A stretch of DNA of 64,000 bases from Lama guanicoe (taxonomy: Eukaryota), in the NCBI GenBank assembly GCA_013239625.1, contig MU053482.1, positions 4,347,167 through 4,411,166 on the forward strand, read 5' to 3'. Both the position numbers and the translations under genes were made by a program. Under the pieces are notes generated by a model. The model saw only the letters and a list, made by a program, of their open reading frames with translations, was not told the origin of the DNA and did no database searches. Below, in pieces: positions 1 to 13,109 of this stretch (positions within the stretch are counted from its first letter, which is position 1; each line of letters begins with the position of its first letter).

Positions 1-869
1 GCTTGGAGGGAGAGAAGGCCTACAGTCACTTTGCAACTTCAGTCTTCTGCCACGAACCAGTGAGGAAGCAGGGCAAGAGGTGGCTAAATCCAGCTTTTTT
101 TCCAGAAGAGAAGCACATTTATGAAACCGATGGATACTTCTTGCTCCTCTGAATAAGTAAGATCTGGAGCTCTGAAAAAGAGCAAGCCGTGCCCTTTTGC
201 CAAAGATAGTGAACACCCACATTCCAAGAGCATCCTCGCATTGCTAAAAACGTGCCCCAAGGGAAAACACCACACCACGGCTCCCCTTTTGCTGTTCAAC
301 AGCGTGGGAAACTGTTAGCTCCACACTTAGAAGAGCTTCAACCAAGAGAGGCATTCAGCAGTTTTGTTGTTGTTGTTGTTTTTAAAAAGCCCTAAACAGC
401 TGATTTGTACAAGACTCCCAGCCTTGGTGAATGCTAATGACAGCCTGAGCCTTGCTGGGGAGAGTGGCACAGTTTGTACACCGTCCATCAACCCCAGCAT
501 AGCCGCTGAGCACCACATAAGCGAGGACCTTCAAAGGCTTGATCCTGAGTCAGAAACTCACAAAGATTCCCAGAAACATACTCTTGGATCCACAGCCCAA
601 AAATTTCATGGCAGCCACAGAGAGGGCACCACATATTTCAGAAAACTGATGTGCCCAGGAATGCAGAGACCAGGCGGTCACGTGGAGCACCCAGTGTACA
701 CAGAGCTGCAGAGCTTGGTCCTGCCCTTAGAGGAGAATGGGGAAAAGTGCTCAGAGTCCAGATCTGGGCTTACACAGACCCAGGTCCTGCTCCTGGCTCC
801 GCCGCTTACTGCCTTTGTGACCCAACCTAGGGTGACACTCAAATATATAACAACCAGAACAGCAAGGCC

Positions 870-1290
870 ATGTGGCAGCGACTTCTCTGTGTTTACCAAA
901 CCCATTTCCTTTTCCTCCTAGACAATCAGCTAGACTACGTTTCCCAGCTTTCCTTGTTCTGTGGGGGCACCACATGACTGAGTTCCTGCCAATAAAATAT
1001 GGCAGAACATGAGCTCCACTTCCATTCCAGGCCCATGAAAACCTCCCCTGAGGGCCTCCATGATCTCGCTCTTCCCATGTCTGCCAGCTGCATGCAGAGG
1101 GTTCAGGAGAAGTCTGCAAGGCTCGAGCCTATATCCTTGAGTGGAAGGAAGAATTTCCCCATGGCCAGCTCACCAGGAACCTCCACATTGGTCACTGGAT
1201 AAGTGAGAAATACAGTTTTATTGGTCAAAGCCACTGAGGTTTGGAAGTTGGTACTGCAGTCAACTTTCCGTATTCTAAATAAAATAGGCA
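870..1290 (+). mobile_element. MaLR LTR (MLT1J-like) solo LTR remnant
   Basis: Diagnostic motifs gactacgtttcccagc...catgactgagttc...ccaat and the 3' end gagaaatac...aagccactgaggtttgg. Confidence 0.7.
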
Positions 1291-1479
1291 CCAAGCAATC
1301 GGAAGGACTCTGACTGCTATGCTGCACCAACACACCTGGTGTGTTCCAGAGGGATATCACCTGACTGAAACACCTGTTACAAGGTTTCAGGCCCTGAGAA
1401 CACACTTATAATCCTGAAAGCCAACACCAACTGTGATTAGATGCTACAAGGACTTAAAAGATTCTGGTTGTGATGTAAC

Positions 1480-1725
1480 ACAGTCATCAAGGTGTTAGAC
1501 TCTGTTGTCAAAGCACAGGGAGTCAATCCCTTCCTCACAGCACGCTAACACTGTGACCCTGGATACATTATTTAATGTTTGTGTGCCTCAATTTTATTAG
1601 AAAAGGGGGATAATAAAAGTACCCATCTCAGACTGTTGCTGTGAAGATAGAATGAGATAATTCACGTATAGCACTTGGCATGATGCCTGGCACAAAATAA
1701 ATACTCAATAAACATTAGCTATTCA
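1480..1725 (+). mobile_element. MIR SINE
   Basis: tgtgaccctgga...tgtgcctcaatttt...gggataataaaagtaccc...gcacttggcatgatgcctggcac...actcaataaacattagc. Confidence 0.85.
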
Positions 1726-2139
1726 TGCCTGTTCCACACACAAGAACAAACTTTTCAACCAGTTAAGGAGACTCCTATTTCTCTAAGTGAGTACCTAGAA
1801 ACATTGTCAATTGGTCACCAGCAGACATTTTTCTATTTAATGACTCTAAAGAGACAGAAAAGCTTTAATCAATTCCTCAGAGTAAAATGCTAAGAAATTA
1901 CATGCACAGTTATGAAGAAAAAAAATCAAAGATGTTTCCCACACATTGTTCAGGAGACAAAAACATATTGACATGCTGTTCCTGCAAGGAAATGGGATGA
2001 ATTTTCTAGATAATCCTGGTCCATTCATCCTTTCCACTACTGTGCCTACTCGAGGGCCAAAAGATACCTCCAGCTAAACAAGGGGCTCCCTCTCCCAAAG
2101 TTTCTACCATGCTTCCGTGGAGAAACCGTGTTTCTCTGT

Positions 2140-4680
2140 CCTTTCTTTAGTGATCTTTTGTTCTTTAAGTGAATATTTTCTTGTACACTTTAATTTCCTT
2201 AATGATTTTTAACTATATTTCCTAAGCTATTTTCTTAGTGGTTGATCTGGAGCTTACATTATACATTTTAATCCATCCAAGTCCATTAACTTAATTCCAG
2301 TGAAATATAGAAACTTCACTCCAATAAGACTATCGTCCCTCCTTTCCATTTTTTGCCTCTTTTGTGCTATTATTGTCAAATATATTACATTTCTATATGT
2401 TATAACCCTAACAACACAATTATATAATGTATATTGTTTATGCAATTCCTTTTTGAATCAGTTAAGAGAAAAAGAAGAAGAAATGTGAAATTATCCTGTA
2501 TTTTAAAACTGCCTATATAATTACATTTGGTGGCATTTTTTGTTTTTTTGTGTGTGAATTCAGATTACTGTGTGGTGTCACTTGCACTCAGCATGAAGAA
2601 AATCCTTTCGTACTTCTTTCAAGGTTGATCTGATGGCAACAAACTCTTCTCAGTTTTGTTTATCTGGGTATGTCTTTATTTTGCCTTCATTTTTGAAGGA
2701 TAGATAGTTTTGCTATATATAAGATTCTTAGCCACCATTGTTTCTGATGAGAAATCAACTTTTAATCTTACTGGGGTTCTCATATAGGTGATGAGTAGTT
2801 TTGTTCTGTTCTCTTACTGCTTTCAAGATTTTTTCCTTGTCATTAAAAATGCCACTGGTGCACTCCTTTCTTTAAGGCTCTGTTCATTTTCTTTATTCTT
2901 TTTTTCCTTTTCTTCAGATTTCATAATCTCTATTGATCTGTCTTCAAGTTTGCTGATACTTTGTTTTGTCAACTCAAATCAAATTTTAAATCCCTCTAGT
3001 GAACTGTTCATTTCACTTTTTATAATTATCAAGCCCAGGATTTCCACTTTTTTCTATTTTTGGAACTTTTTTTCTTTATTGATATTCCCTATTGATGAGA
3101 CACTGTCATCATACTTTCCTTTAATTCTTTCAGCAAAGTTTTCTTTAGTTCTTTGAATAAACTTATAATAGCTACTTTGAAGTCTGTGTCTGGTAAGTCC
3201 AAAAATCAAGTCTCATGAAAGATAATTTCTGTCATCTGCTTTATGAGTTACATGTTCTTTTGCCTTTGATGTCTTTTAAATTTTTGTTGAAAACCAGACA
3301 TTTTAGATAATATATTTTAGCCACCCTGAATACTGATCACTACCCCTGCCATCCCCAGGATTTGTTTGTTTGCTTGTTTGTTTAGTGGCATGAATGGACT
3401 AGTTCAGTGACATTTTCCCGCCTCTCCCTCCCCTCCTCCCCACTACCCACCCAACGTGCTGTCTCTGATGTGATTCCTTGGAGGGTACAGCCTTGGCCCT
3501 GTGCACTCTTCCCTGTTCAACTCCCTGATGACAGTGGTTTTAGCAGGGGGTTGTTGTTGTTGCTGCTGCTGCTGTCGCCGTAGTCGTTGTTGTTGTTGTT
3601 TTAATCTCTTTCACTTATCTCCCTGTTAAGCTTCTGGATGGACTGACCTATTGGTATCACACCTAGCTGTTAGCCTCCACTAACTGCCACCTGATTGTGC
3701 TATTATTTTTCAACAGTACCTTGAGGTATAAATTGTCCCGCAGTCCGATCCACTTTAAGCTCAGGCTTCTTTACAGGGGCTGCCTTTGAGGCCAGTCTCT
3801 GAGGCTTGCTTTGACCCCAGAAGGGTTCTTCTCTGATGTCCCTTTCTCCGGTTCTCCCTTTTAAATGTCGAGCTGGTCTAGCGGCCTGATCTCTCTCTTG
3901 TTGCTATTATGGCACTACTAGCCTCCTCTTAAATACTTACCAATTGCTTTTAGGCTTGAAATTCCTCAACCTTTTTTTTCAAATAAAGTGGAGAGCTACA
4001 GAACTCTGTGTTCTTACAGCCCACCTTTCCCCTCGGGCAGCACCACTACTCTGGAGCTAAGAGTGAGAACAGCAGACCACTTTTCTCAGTTTCATCCCGG
4101 CTCTGTGAGTGGTGCTGGGTGGGGATGGCAGCCACTAGTCTGCTTGGATTACCTCTCCTGGCATGGAACCTTCACCCTTTGTGTGAGCTGGGGTGCAGAC
4201 GATTAGGGCCCAGTACTCTTGGCCAAGGATAGAACTTTCTCCCTACAAATGGGGCCTGGGTGGCGGAAAGCCCCAGACCTCTTGGCTGTGCTTGCATGGA
4301 ATACAGCTTCTGCAACACAAAGCTGGGAGGGATAATAATACAGTGACCCAGGCTTCTTGGGGAGAAAGTTTAGCATCAGAATAGGAACCTGGGGGGACAG
4401 GGAGGCCCATCTTCTTATCTGTATCTGCCCAGAGAAGAGCTTCTGTCTCACTGAGCTGGAATTCAAGGAGGGAGCAGGCCAAGCACCAGACTGTTGCTGT
4501 TCTTACAGGGATTTAGTCGATTTTCTTAACGAAGTGTTTCTCCATTTGACGCGTGCCCTTAGAACAACCGCCATAGACTTCAAATGGTTGGGACTTTTAA
4601 AATAATTTTTACCAGTTATCTTTGTTTCACTGGGAAGAGGCTCCACCACGATCCTCACACTGAGATCCTGCAGTGCTTCT
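2140..4680 (-). mobile_element. Old LINE-1 remnant (5'/ORF1-side region), decayed
   Basis: Antisense L1-like T-rich segments (tcagttttgtttatctggg, ttgccttcatttttgaagga, ctattgatctgtcttcaagtttgctg); no intact ORF. Confidence 0.75.
3550..3600. repeat. Compound (GTT)n/(GCT)n microsatellite
   Basis: gttgttgttgttgctgctgctgctgtcgccgtagtcgttgttgttgttgtt. Confidence 0.85.
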
Positions 4681-7600
4681 CCTAACCCACATGATTTACA
4701 CTAAAAAACAAACAAACAAACAAAAAAACCCCAACCATTTAGGAAACAGCTGGCTCCATTTACCAGTGCTCTGTTTACTTCATTGTGACCATATTTTCTA
4801 AATTAAAAATATGGGGCATGTGGTCTGGCAAGGGCTTTGTACTACTTCCAAGTAGGGGAGTCAATATGGGCAGGTAAGCTTTGGACACGGTAGAATTTAC
4901 AATTTGTTTAGATGATTTCTGGGGACAACAGATCAGAGTATTTGAATTTCAGTTGTCCCAGATAACTTAGGTATACATAGTTGCTAACATGCTGGTTCTC
5001 CTGAAAAGTTAGATGGGATTCCTGGTTGATATAAAGTCTCCTTTGAGGGGACAATTCTAAGCTGTGTCTTCCCATCAACAATCTCAGTTTGTGTTTGGTG
5101 CTTCTCCAAAGGCGACCAATTAATTCTAATGGAAATTCAACATGGAGAGAATTGGGCTTAAAACAAGTTAACACCCAACAGCCAAGACTAAATATTGCCA
5201 CACAACAACCATCCTCCAAGGCTGGAAACAGGCTGCTTTGCTCCAACTCTGAATCAGTCAGCACATCAGCATGCAGAATCTAAGGAGCTTTCTGTCTCCA
5301 GGGACTTGGGAATTTCTCAGCTGAAGCCTAGGAATATGGATCTAGGTAAGGGGAATGCGGCCTGGCAAAGGGGAGGGAAAAAGAAAGAGGATTGTCTCTG
5401 AGACTTCATTCCCCAACTTCCCTAAAATCAGACTGAAGTCACCAGGGAAATCTGGTTTTGAAATGATAGACAGCCCCAATCCCCTCAGCCATGAGGGTAG
5501 CACACCTGCTCTGGAAATACGCATCTGCCTAATTGCTTGAGATTGTGTACGAACTGAATATTCATGATCTTCATGTTGTCACAAAGGCTGTATCTTTAAA
5601 TGCGTCTACTTAATTTTAAAAACTCTTTTTCTGTCCTTAAAAAAAACCCATAGATATTACTGGATCCACTGCTATTTGAGACATCTGGCTAGCCAGAGAC
5701 TGCATGGACTGTGGGCCGCAGATCTCCCAGTCAGGGGAAGTGGGGACAGAGAGTGGTGGAGTCAGAGTGATTACAGTACATAGCCAGTTTATTTTCTGTA
5801 GACTGAATAAGTATGTCTCACTCATATGTGCATAACCATTTTTAATGATATGTATGAGTTTGATTAATAAGTCAAAAACCCATTTAAAAGCATTAATGAA
5901 TTTCTGATTATCCTTCATCATGTATGGTCTCCACTGGTGACCATGTCATGCACTTGGTGGGGTCTCAGTTTCAGGGCCAGCAAAATGAGGCAGGCTTACA
6001 ACTGAGGTGAGCATCGTTGAGCCCACACTTCTGGCGAGACGGGAGGGACACAGTGGACAAGCAGTCTGTTTCCCGTCCTAGACACCCTGGGCAGCCTCGG
6101 ACAACATCATACCAATGAGCGGCTGCACCAGGATTTGAGCCGAGCCTGTCTTAACTCCACAATTCAGTATCTTGTCTGAGCTGGAGGAGAAAGGGCTGCT
6201 GCGTATCAGAAGACATGTTTGGAACCAGAACCCAGAGCGCCATTTCAAAGCTTTGAGAAGCTTCCTGAATTTTGCTCCAGTTTTCTCAAACTGGCAAAAA
6301 TGAAAACGCCTCCACTCTCAAGGCAAAGAGAAAGAGATAAGGAATTTGGGAAGCTTTTCTGCCCCAGGGAAGAATCAGCCTCAATGACAGTTTGGTATTA
6401 ACTAGCTCAGCCATGCAGGGAGGCATAATTAGTTTCCCAGCCCAGAGCTTCATTCCACTGGTCCCCCACACCCCAAGGGCTACACAATCTGTGTGAAATG
6501 AAAAGAAAAATAAAATCACTGCTCTCCTTGGCTCACCCATTGGGCTATTGCTCATGGCCACGGGCAAAAGGTGAGGCAGCCATCTGTCTGCTGAAGTACA
6601 AGAAAGAATGGAATAGTCATTTTTTAATGACATTTTCAATTTTCCCCTATGCCTACTATGCCCTCTTCCACCCTACTGCTTAAATGACTCTTTCCAAATT
6701 GAAAATATCAGAGAATAATAAGAAAAGAAAAATTGCAGTAATCCATGGCTCCTGCTAACGGTTTGCTCTGTCCTGGGGGGCAGAGGTAGAGGAGAAACTT
6801 CTTCCTGTGCCCATGACCTGGGTGCGCCAACTGGACAGGGTGGGAGAAGCCGTACTGGGCAACTGTGCAGACCCACCCCTGTGGGTGGGTGATTCTCCAG
6901 GCAGCCTCCAGGGAACCGGGAGGTGTGGGCTGCCCAATCTCTAGCCCTGCTCCTGTACCATCTCCTGCCCTGATGCCCAAGGCATTTCGACACAGCAGGA
7001 AGGAAAAATCCTCTCCTGACTCCGGAATTGTCCTCTGAGAGTCCTTTCTCCTCCTTACACATGGTTCCTGCCACCTTTCTCTTGAATGTGAAAGAACAAG
7101 TCCCCAGCTCATCACCATCATTCCAAAGACACCTCGAGATGATGGGATCCGTTCCGAGGTTCTCATGGCCTCAGCACGGACGGGAGGCCAATTCATTGCC
7201 ACTTCAGCCAGGAAGCCAAAGGCCAACTCTCCCTTAGCTCTGGGGCCTGGAGGAGTTCTTTATCCTTTCTTGGAAATTAAGCTATGCTTTCTCCTGCCCA
7301 TTTAAATGGCCTCAACTCTGTCCCTCCTGTTGAAGCACAGAGACCTCGTTCAGCTGCATCTTTTTCTGGTGTTATTGTCTGCTCTTGAGGAAGGTTCATT
7401 TTTCCCCTTCTGTACCCGCAAGATTGCTTTTGTTTGAAAGTGACCACAAGTGACAGCTTTATTAAAATAAAGACATCGAGGGTCCCCTGAAGGCTCCAGG
7501 CTTTTCTCACCAGCTGATTCCTGGGGGATCTCAGTGCAGGAAAGCACACTTTATACACAAACGTACACACCCCACTGAACCACAGTTTCCTTTGATGAAA

Positions 7601-7819
7601 CCTTGAAACAGCAGTGCAAGCTACGAGGGGCCATGAGAGAGACCCCAGGAGTGCATGTTTTCCTGTCCCTGACCCAGAAGGAGGACACAGCATGAGACAG
7701 GCTCACAGAAGCTGCCCCCAAGCCTGGAGGGATGGGAACCAGTTCTTCGGGCCCCTGACTTCCCTTCCAGACAACTTTGAAGCCAGAGACCTGGATGTGA
7801 ATCCTCTAAGTGGTTTTAG

Positions 7820-8100
7820 ACATGCTTGCTCACTTATTCATTTAATCACTCAACAAATTCCTACTTAGCCCCAGCTGCGTGCCTGGCACTGTGTGAAACA
7901 CAGGAAAATGGGAAAAAAAATAGGACCCTGCCTCCACTCTCAAGGAACTCAGCCTAACGGGAAAGCAGGTTAATACAGTACAGCACAAACTTCTCATCTG
8001 TGAAAATGAGGCTTAGGATCTCACAGGCATATTTTGAGGATTAAATAACATGAAGAGGATTAAGTAGTACCAAACATCTAGTCAGTACCTGATAAATGTC
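7820..8100. mobile_element. L2 3' fragment (minus) abutting a MIR fragment (plus)
   Basis: cacttattcatttaatcactcaacaaattcctac...ctcaaggaactcagcc, then ttctcatctgtgaaaatgagg...gaggattaaataa. Confidence 0.65.
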
Positions 8101-10028
8101 CATTTTTTCCTCTTCTTTTCTCCATGACACAAGATCTCTGCCCCCACCCCCCACCTGTACCACCGCTTGCGTTTGAAAAGCTGGGAAGAAGCCTGCCACG
8201 AATACAGAGAGAGCACCACCAGGAGCTACCATGTGCTGCTTAGCCCTGAAGTCAGGTCCTGCTCAACAGTGCTATGCCCCCAATCTTCAAGATGATCCCA
8301 GAGAGTGGGTGCAGGCCCCAAGGACTCAGACCAGGGGGAAGGGAAGCAAGGTCCCTCCAGCCTCAGTCCAGCTAAGGAAATTCACCCATTCTTCGTTCCT
8401 TAAGCACGTGGATTCATCTGAAAACATACAGTTAAGGACTGCTCCCCACTGCAGAAGTTCCTTCTGAGGTTGAGGGGAGTGACTGGATGTAGAAGGACAC
8501 TTTCTAGACCTGACTCAGGAAGCTTAGCTCCCCATCTCAGAATCTCTGGCACCCAGGCAGGGCCCTCGGGGCACTCCCTGAGTTGCTCTGGGCTTCAGGT
8601 TTCTCAGCAAACAGTCTGAGGGTAAGGATGCTCTCGTTCCTTCCAGCTCTAGCATGCTCTTATTCTCAGTAGAGATCCTTCAGACGAGTGCCTTCACAAT
8701 TGACCTACACCCTGAGAACTGCCAAAATCGGAAAGCTCAACCTTTTTTGCTAATATGTAAGGAAAGAGGGAAAGACTGCATTGAGCTGCACAACACAATA
8801 CTGTGAAGTTTCTAATACTGACTGGGATGAAATAAGGCATTTAATTTTTGATTTACAAAAATCAATCTATACTTTCTGTACTTTTAAAGTAATTACAAAC
8901 TCAAAATTACTTTTGCCCGTTTTGCTAAAAACAACTAGCTGTTGTTGAAAAACATTCAAAATTCACAATTGTATAATTTTAGGTAAATAAAATTTTTATT
9001 TTTATTGTTTTGTTAAGGCAATTATCTCCCTACTCATAAGTGACCCAAATAACCGCTTCCCACCCCTCTGCCCCAATCAAGAAATGGTTTCTTGCCCAGG
9101 AAGCTTCATAACGATTTACTACAAAGAAAAACCCCCCTTTGACAAAGGAATCTTTTTCAAAAAGAACTTTAAATAGAAAAGTACTAAAAAAAAAAATGTT
9201 GAGTGTACCTTCCCAGTATGAAACTACATCTATCTTCGAGTTGTAAAGAATGTATATTAAAATTATATCATGCAACAAATGCACATTTTGTAGAGGGGAA
9301 AAAAAGAAAAGATTAAATTGAATCTTCCTGACAATTGTCTTAAATCACACCTTCCTGCCTGCAGTTGAAATTGTAAGTCACGTTGCTTCATACTAAATCA
9401 AATTCACCTCGGCAGGAAGACAGGCTGATGGGGCTCCAGCTCTGTCAGGAGGTGGGTCCAAGTGGAGGGAGATACATCTCTACTCCAGGAGGCTCTCCCT
9501 CGACCAGGGACTGAGGCAAAGGAGACTCTTTGCATGCCTCTCCCATCAGCCAAGGTGTCTGAAAACAGTGCATTCCTGACATTGTCTGCTGCCCACTGCA
9601 ATGCCAGGTGGGTTTTACAAAACAAATCTCTCTCTACAAACAGGGGCAGGTCCCCAGGCTGATAGGCTTGGAATTTCAGAGTAGTAGTCAAATCACACTG
9701 AGACAACTCCAGATGTCTCAGCTCAGTAGCTGTCCTTGGAGTTAGGTTGGGCTCCCCTCTAACCTCACTTCTGACCATCTCAGGCTGGATTTAACTGGGG
9801 AAGTCCCAACACTCACATCGTGTCTCATTGCACTGAAACAGGGTTCAAAGCTGAGAGTCTAGGTGTTACAACCAGAAAAAACATTCCTGACCTTATTTTC
9901 TATGTGAGCTCCAAGAGGGAAAGACAGGGGGAAAGAAGGAAAGAGTGAAAGCAGGATGACTGAAGGAAAGAGCGTGTTCCCTGCCCCCCAGCCCACCACA
10001 GGACAGGCGGGGCAGGGTGCTGTCCTGT

Positions 10029-10230
10029 ACCTCATTTAATCAGCACCTCATTTAATTTAATTTCACCTCATTTAATCAGCACAGCAATCCTACAGGGCTT
10101 AAGGAGTGGTTGTCCTCATTTCTGTAGGTGAGGAGGCTGAGGCACAGGGAAGTGAAGAGACTCGTCCAGCGTCACCCAGCCTGTAACCAGCAGTGCTGAT
10201 TCCATCACTGCCTGCACACTCTTCACCACA
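10029..10230 (-). mobile_element. MIR SINE with local triplication at one end
   Basis: ctcatttaatcagcacagcaatcctac...cctcatttctgtaggtgaggaggctgaggcacagggaagtgaag. Confidence 0.8.
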
Positions 10231-10689
10231 CTAAAGGAGACAGGGTTTCCCTCTTCAAGGCAACTGTTGATTTCACTAAATACCTGAACTTGCCCTCTCC
10301 TAATCCTCCCTCCTCCACTCCTCTAAATCCCCCTCATTCTTTAAAGATGTGTCATAAGCCCCAGTTCCTCCGTGAAGTCTCTTCTGACAACGCATGCTTC
10401 CAGAATGCAGAGTTAACCCTCGTTACGTTAGCCTGCAAAAGGCCCTCAGCTATTTCTTGTGCTGTCTTCCCAGCCTGATTATGAGCTTTTCAAAGAAAAG
10501 GACTGTCCTACATAATCTGCCATTTCCCGCCATGCCTGGCACAGCGTCAGGCCCACGAGGGTGCCTGGGAGCAGTCACCGAACAGCCTGGACTGGTGCCT
10601 TTACAAGCTGGGCTCCTCTGCTCGTCCCTTCCAGGGGCTCCCATTTCTCCCAGAGCATTTCTCCCACAGTGGCCTCCAAGGCACGTACA

Positions 10690-11005
10690 ACCTGCTCCCT
10701 AGCCAGCCCCTCTCTGGCCTCACCCCCGACTCCACTCTCCCACAGTCACTCTGCTCTGGCCACACTGTTCCTCAAATACACATACACCAGGTACATTCCT
10801 GCCTCAGGACCTTTGGACTAGTTGTTTCCCCCACCTGGAACTGTTCCAATAGACAGAGTCCACACCTAATTTTCTTCAAACATTTGCTTATAGGAGAGCC
10901 CTCGACTACTTCATTTACTTGCAAACCCTTCCTACTTTTGTCTTTGTTCCACTAATATACCCCTAGCACTTATTAGGTGCTCAATAAATGTCAGTTGGCT
11001 GAAGG
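10690..11005 (+). mobile_element. L2 3' region
   Basis: ctggccacactgttcctcaaatacac...ttcctgcctcaggacctttg...taggtgctcaataaatgtcagttgg. Confidence 0.75.
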
Positions 11006-11709
11006 GAGAAAAGAATCTGAGCATATGGCCAACAGAAGGCAGGATGACCTCCCAGGTAGCCATCAAACTTCCAGCCACAACAGAGGAGAACGGGAACTTA
11101 GAAGCTGGTTTGCAGTTTCCAACCATCCCATGCCCTGCCCCGTTCCCCAGCCCCAATAAATAATGCCAGCCTTGGGGTCCATCTCCTACATCTGTCCACA
11201 GAGCTAGGGGCCCATCGTTTTTTACATTTCACCCCCAGATATTCCATTTCCTCTATTAAATGGGAATTCCTGGCAAACTTGGACATATCTGCTGTTTCCT
11301 CTGTGTGCATCTGCCCCATCTATGGTCCCCATATCAGTCCCATGTCCTGAGCCTGGCAGACGCCCTTAATAAGGTTTTGCTCTGAATGAGAGGAGGAGAT
11401 GGTCTTGTTCATGCTAAGTCTTCTGGAAGCAGTGATACTACTGGCTGCGAAGAGCCAGGCCTGAAGCCTCTCTCAACCTTCCAGGGCACTCCATCCCCAT
11501 CAGCTCCTGGCACAGATGACCTCCTGCATCTCCAGGGAGGGACACTGACAAACTCCACCTTAGGGTCTCGCTACTCTCATGAATCCTCCCAGTCTCATCT
11601 GCAACCTTTCTGCTAAGAGAAAGAGACGATCCTGTTTTCTCTTGACCAGCATTACTGGAGCAGAAGAACAAGAGGGCCCTTAGCCCCTTACTAAGGGGCT
11701 TAAGAGAGG

Positions 11710-11885
11710 TAACTTATTAACTGCATCACCTTGGACAAGTTAGGTATAGTCACTGAGCCTTGATTTCCTCATCTGTTAAATGGAGATAATAACATCACCC
11801 CACAGAGTTGTTTATGAGGATAAAATGAGGTAACACGTTCAAAGCATTTAGCACATAATGGATGCTCAACAAATATTAATTCTCT
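11710..11885 (+). mobile_element. MIR SINE
   Basis: accttggacaagtt...tgagccttgatttcctcatctgttaaatggagataataac...gaggataaaatgag. Confidence 0.85.
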
Positions 11886-12997
11886 TCCTCTTCCAGTTTC
11901 TTCTCCAGACAAGCTCAGACCTATGTCTACAACTCTTCCTCATTCGTTCTTTCTTCTAATTTTTGAATCATTCATAAAATTCTTTTATCATTTTCTACTG
12001 GATTCCCCTTCTAATATAAATCCCGAGGTTCTAAAAAAATATTTTTTTCAAAGCCTGGCTGAATTATACACTTGGGGGATCTACGTCATAATTCCTACAT
12101 GTTACACTCCCCTCCATACACTCTTTCAGAAAATGAAGCAAATCAGAGGATCAGTTTATTATTAAACTGAGATTTAGAAATGGAAGAAACCAAAATGCTA
12201 AACGACTCTCTTCTCCAAGCCCCATGAACTTAGAGGCACGTCTAAAGCCTCACCCACACCCCTCCCGTTCCTCTGTGGCTCCTTCTCCCCCATCAGAGAA
12301 ATATCAAGATGATTAATTAGACAAGGCCCATCCCACTCGTCGAGATCCTTTGAGGCAGGAACCACAGAAACACCTGGCATCATAATTGCAATAAAGAGAA
12401 ACCCGAAAACCCCTCTGCTCTGGGACCCTACCCAGGCAGAGCTAAATAAATCTGAAACGGAAGATCAAGAAGGATCTTCCACACGGATAATAGAAAATGT
12501 CACCAGCATAAACAGGAAGAGAGATTAGTTCAATAAAGGAAAAAAGTCACAGATGCAGGTTTCAAGTGAGATTTTTGCTTACTTTTCACTTCCTAGCCTG
12601 TAACTCACAAGGTTATTAATACAGACTCCGACTGTTTTGGGCAAATAAACAGCTGCGGCTGTTTGTGCCCAAACCACTTTATTAGAGCTTTCCTTTACAG
12701 CAATTGTTTTTTTCCTTTCCAAATCCTGAGAGGCTCAGACAGCTGGAATTAAAAAAACAAAACAAAACAGAGTACCAAGGCAGAACGAATAACAAAGGAG
12801 AGAGGAGGCAGCCTGTGTGGGCAAGGGAAATGGGGCAGGGACTGCTGGGACCCTCCCTGTCCTCTTTACAATTCTTGGACAAAGTCAACGTTCAAGAGCA
12901 GAGAGCAGAAGACACAGGTGTGGTGCAATCAAAAAGGCTATTTTTGCCATGAGGCTGGGAGTTACCATTAAACAGGATTCATCAGCGTGAAAAGATG

Positions 12998-13109
12998 AGG
13001 ATGACTGACCATCCAGGTTTGCCCAGGGTGGAGGGGCCTCCTTGGTCCTGGGAATATCAGTTTTACAAGAGGGAAAGTCCTGAGCAAATGGGACGAGTTG
13101 GTCAGCCCA
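12998..13109. mobile_element. MER81-like hAT-Blackjack MITE
   Basis: About 110 bp with degenerate inverted ends (gaccatccaggtttgcccagg ... cctgagcaaatgggacgagttggtcagcc), matching the recalled MER81 structure. Confidence 0.7.

Noticed and set aside
364..921. 185-aa plus-strand ORF with hydrophobic start
   Set aside because: The 'signal peptide' is a translated (TTG)n microsatellite and the end runs into an LTR
11682..11700. Perfect 9-bp inverted repeat AGCCCCTTA-C-TAAGGGGCT
   Set aside because: One such short inverted repeat is within chance expectation for 64 kb; no other supporting context
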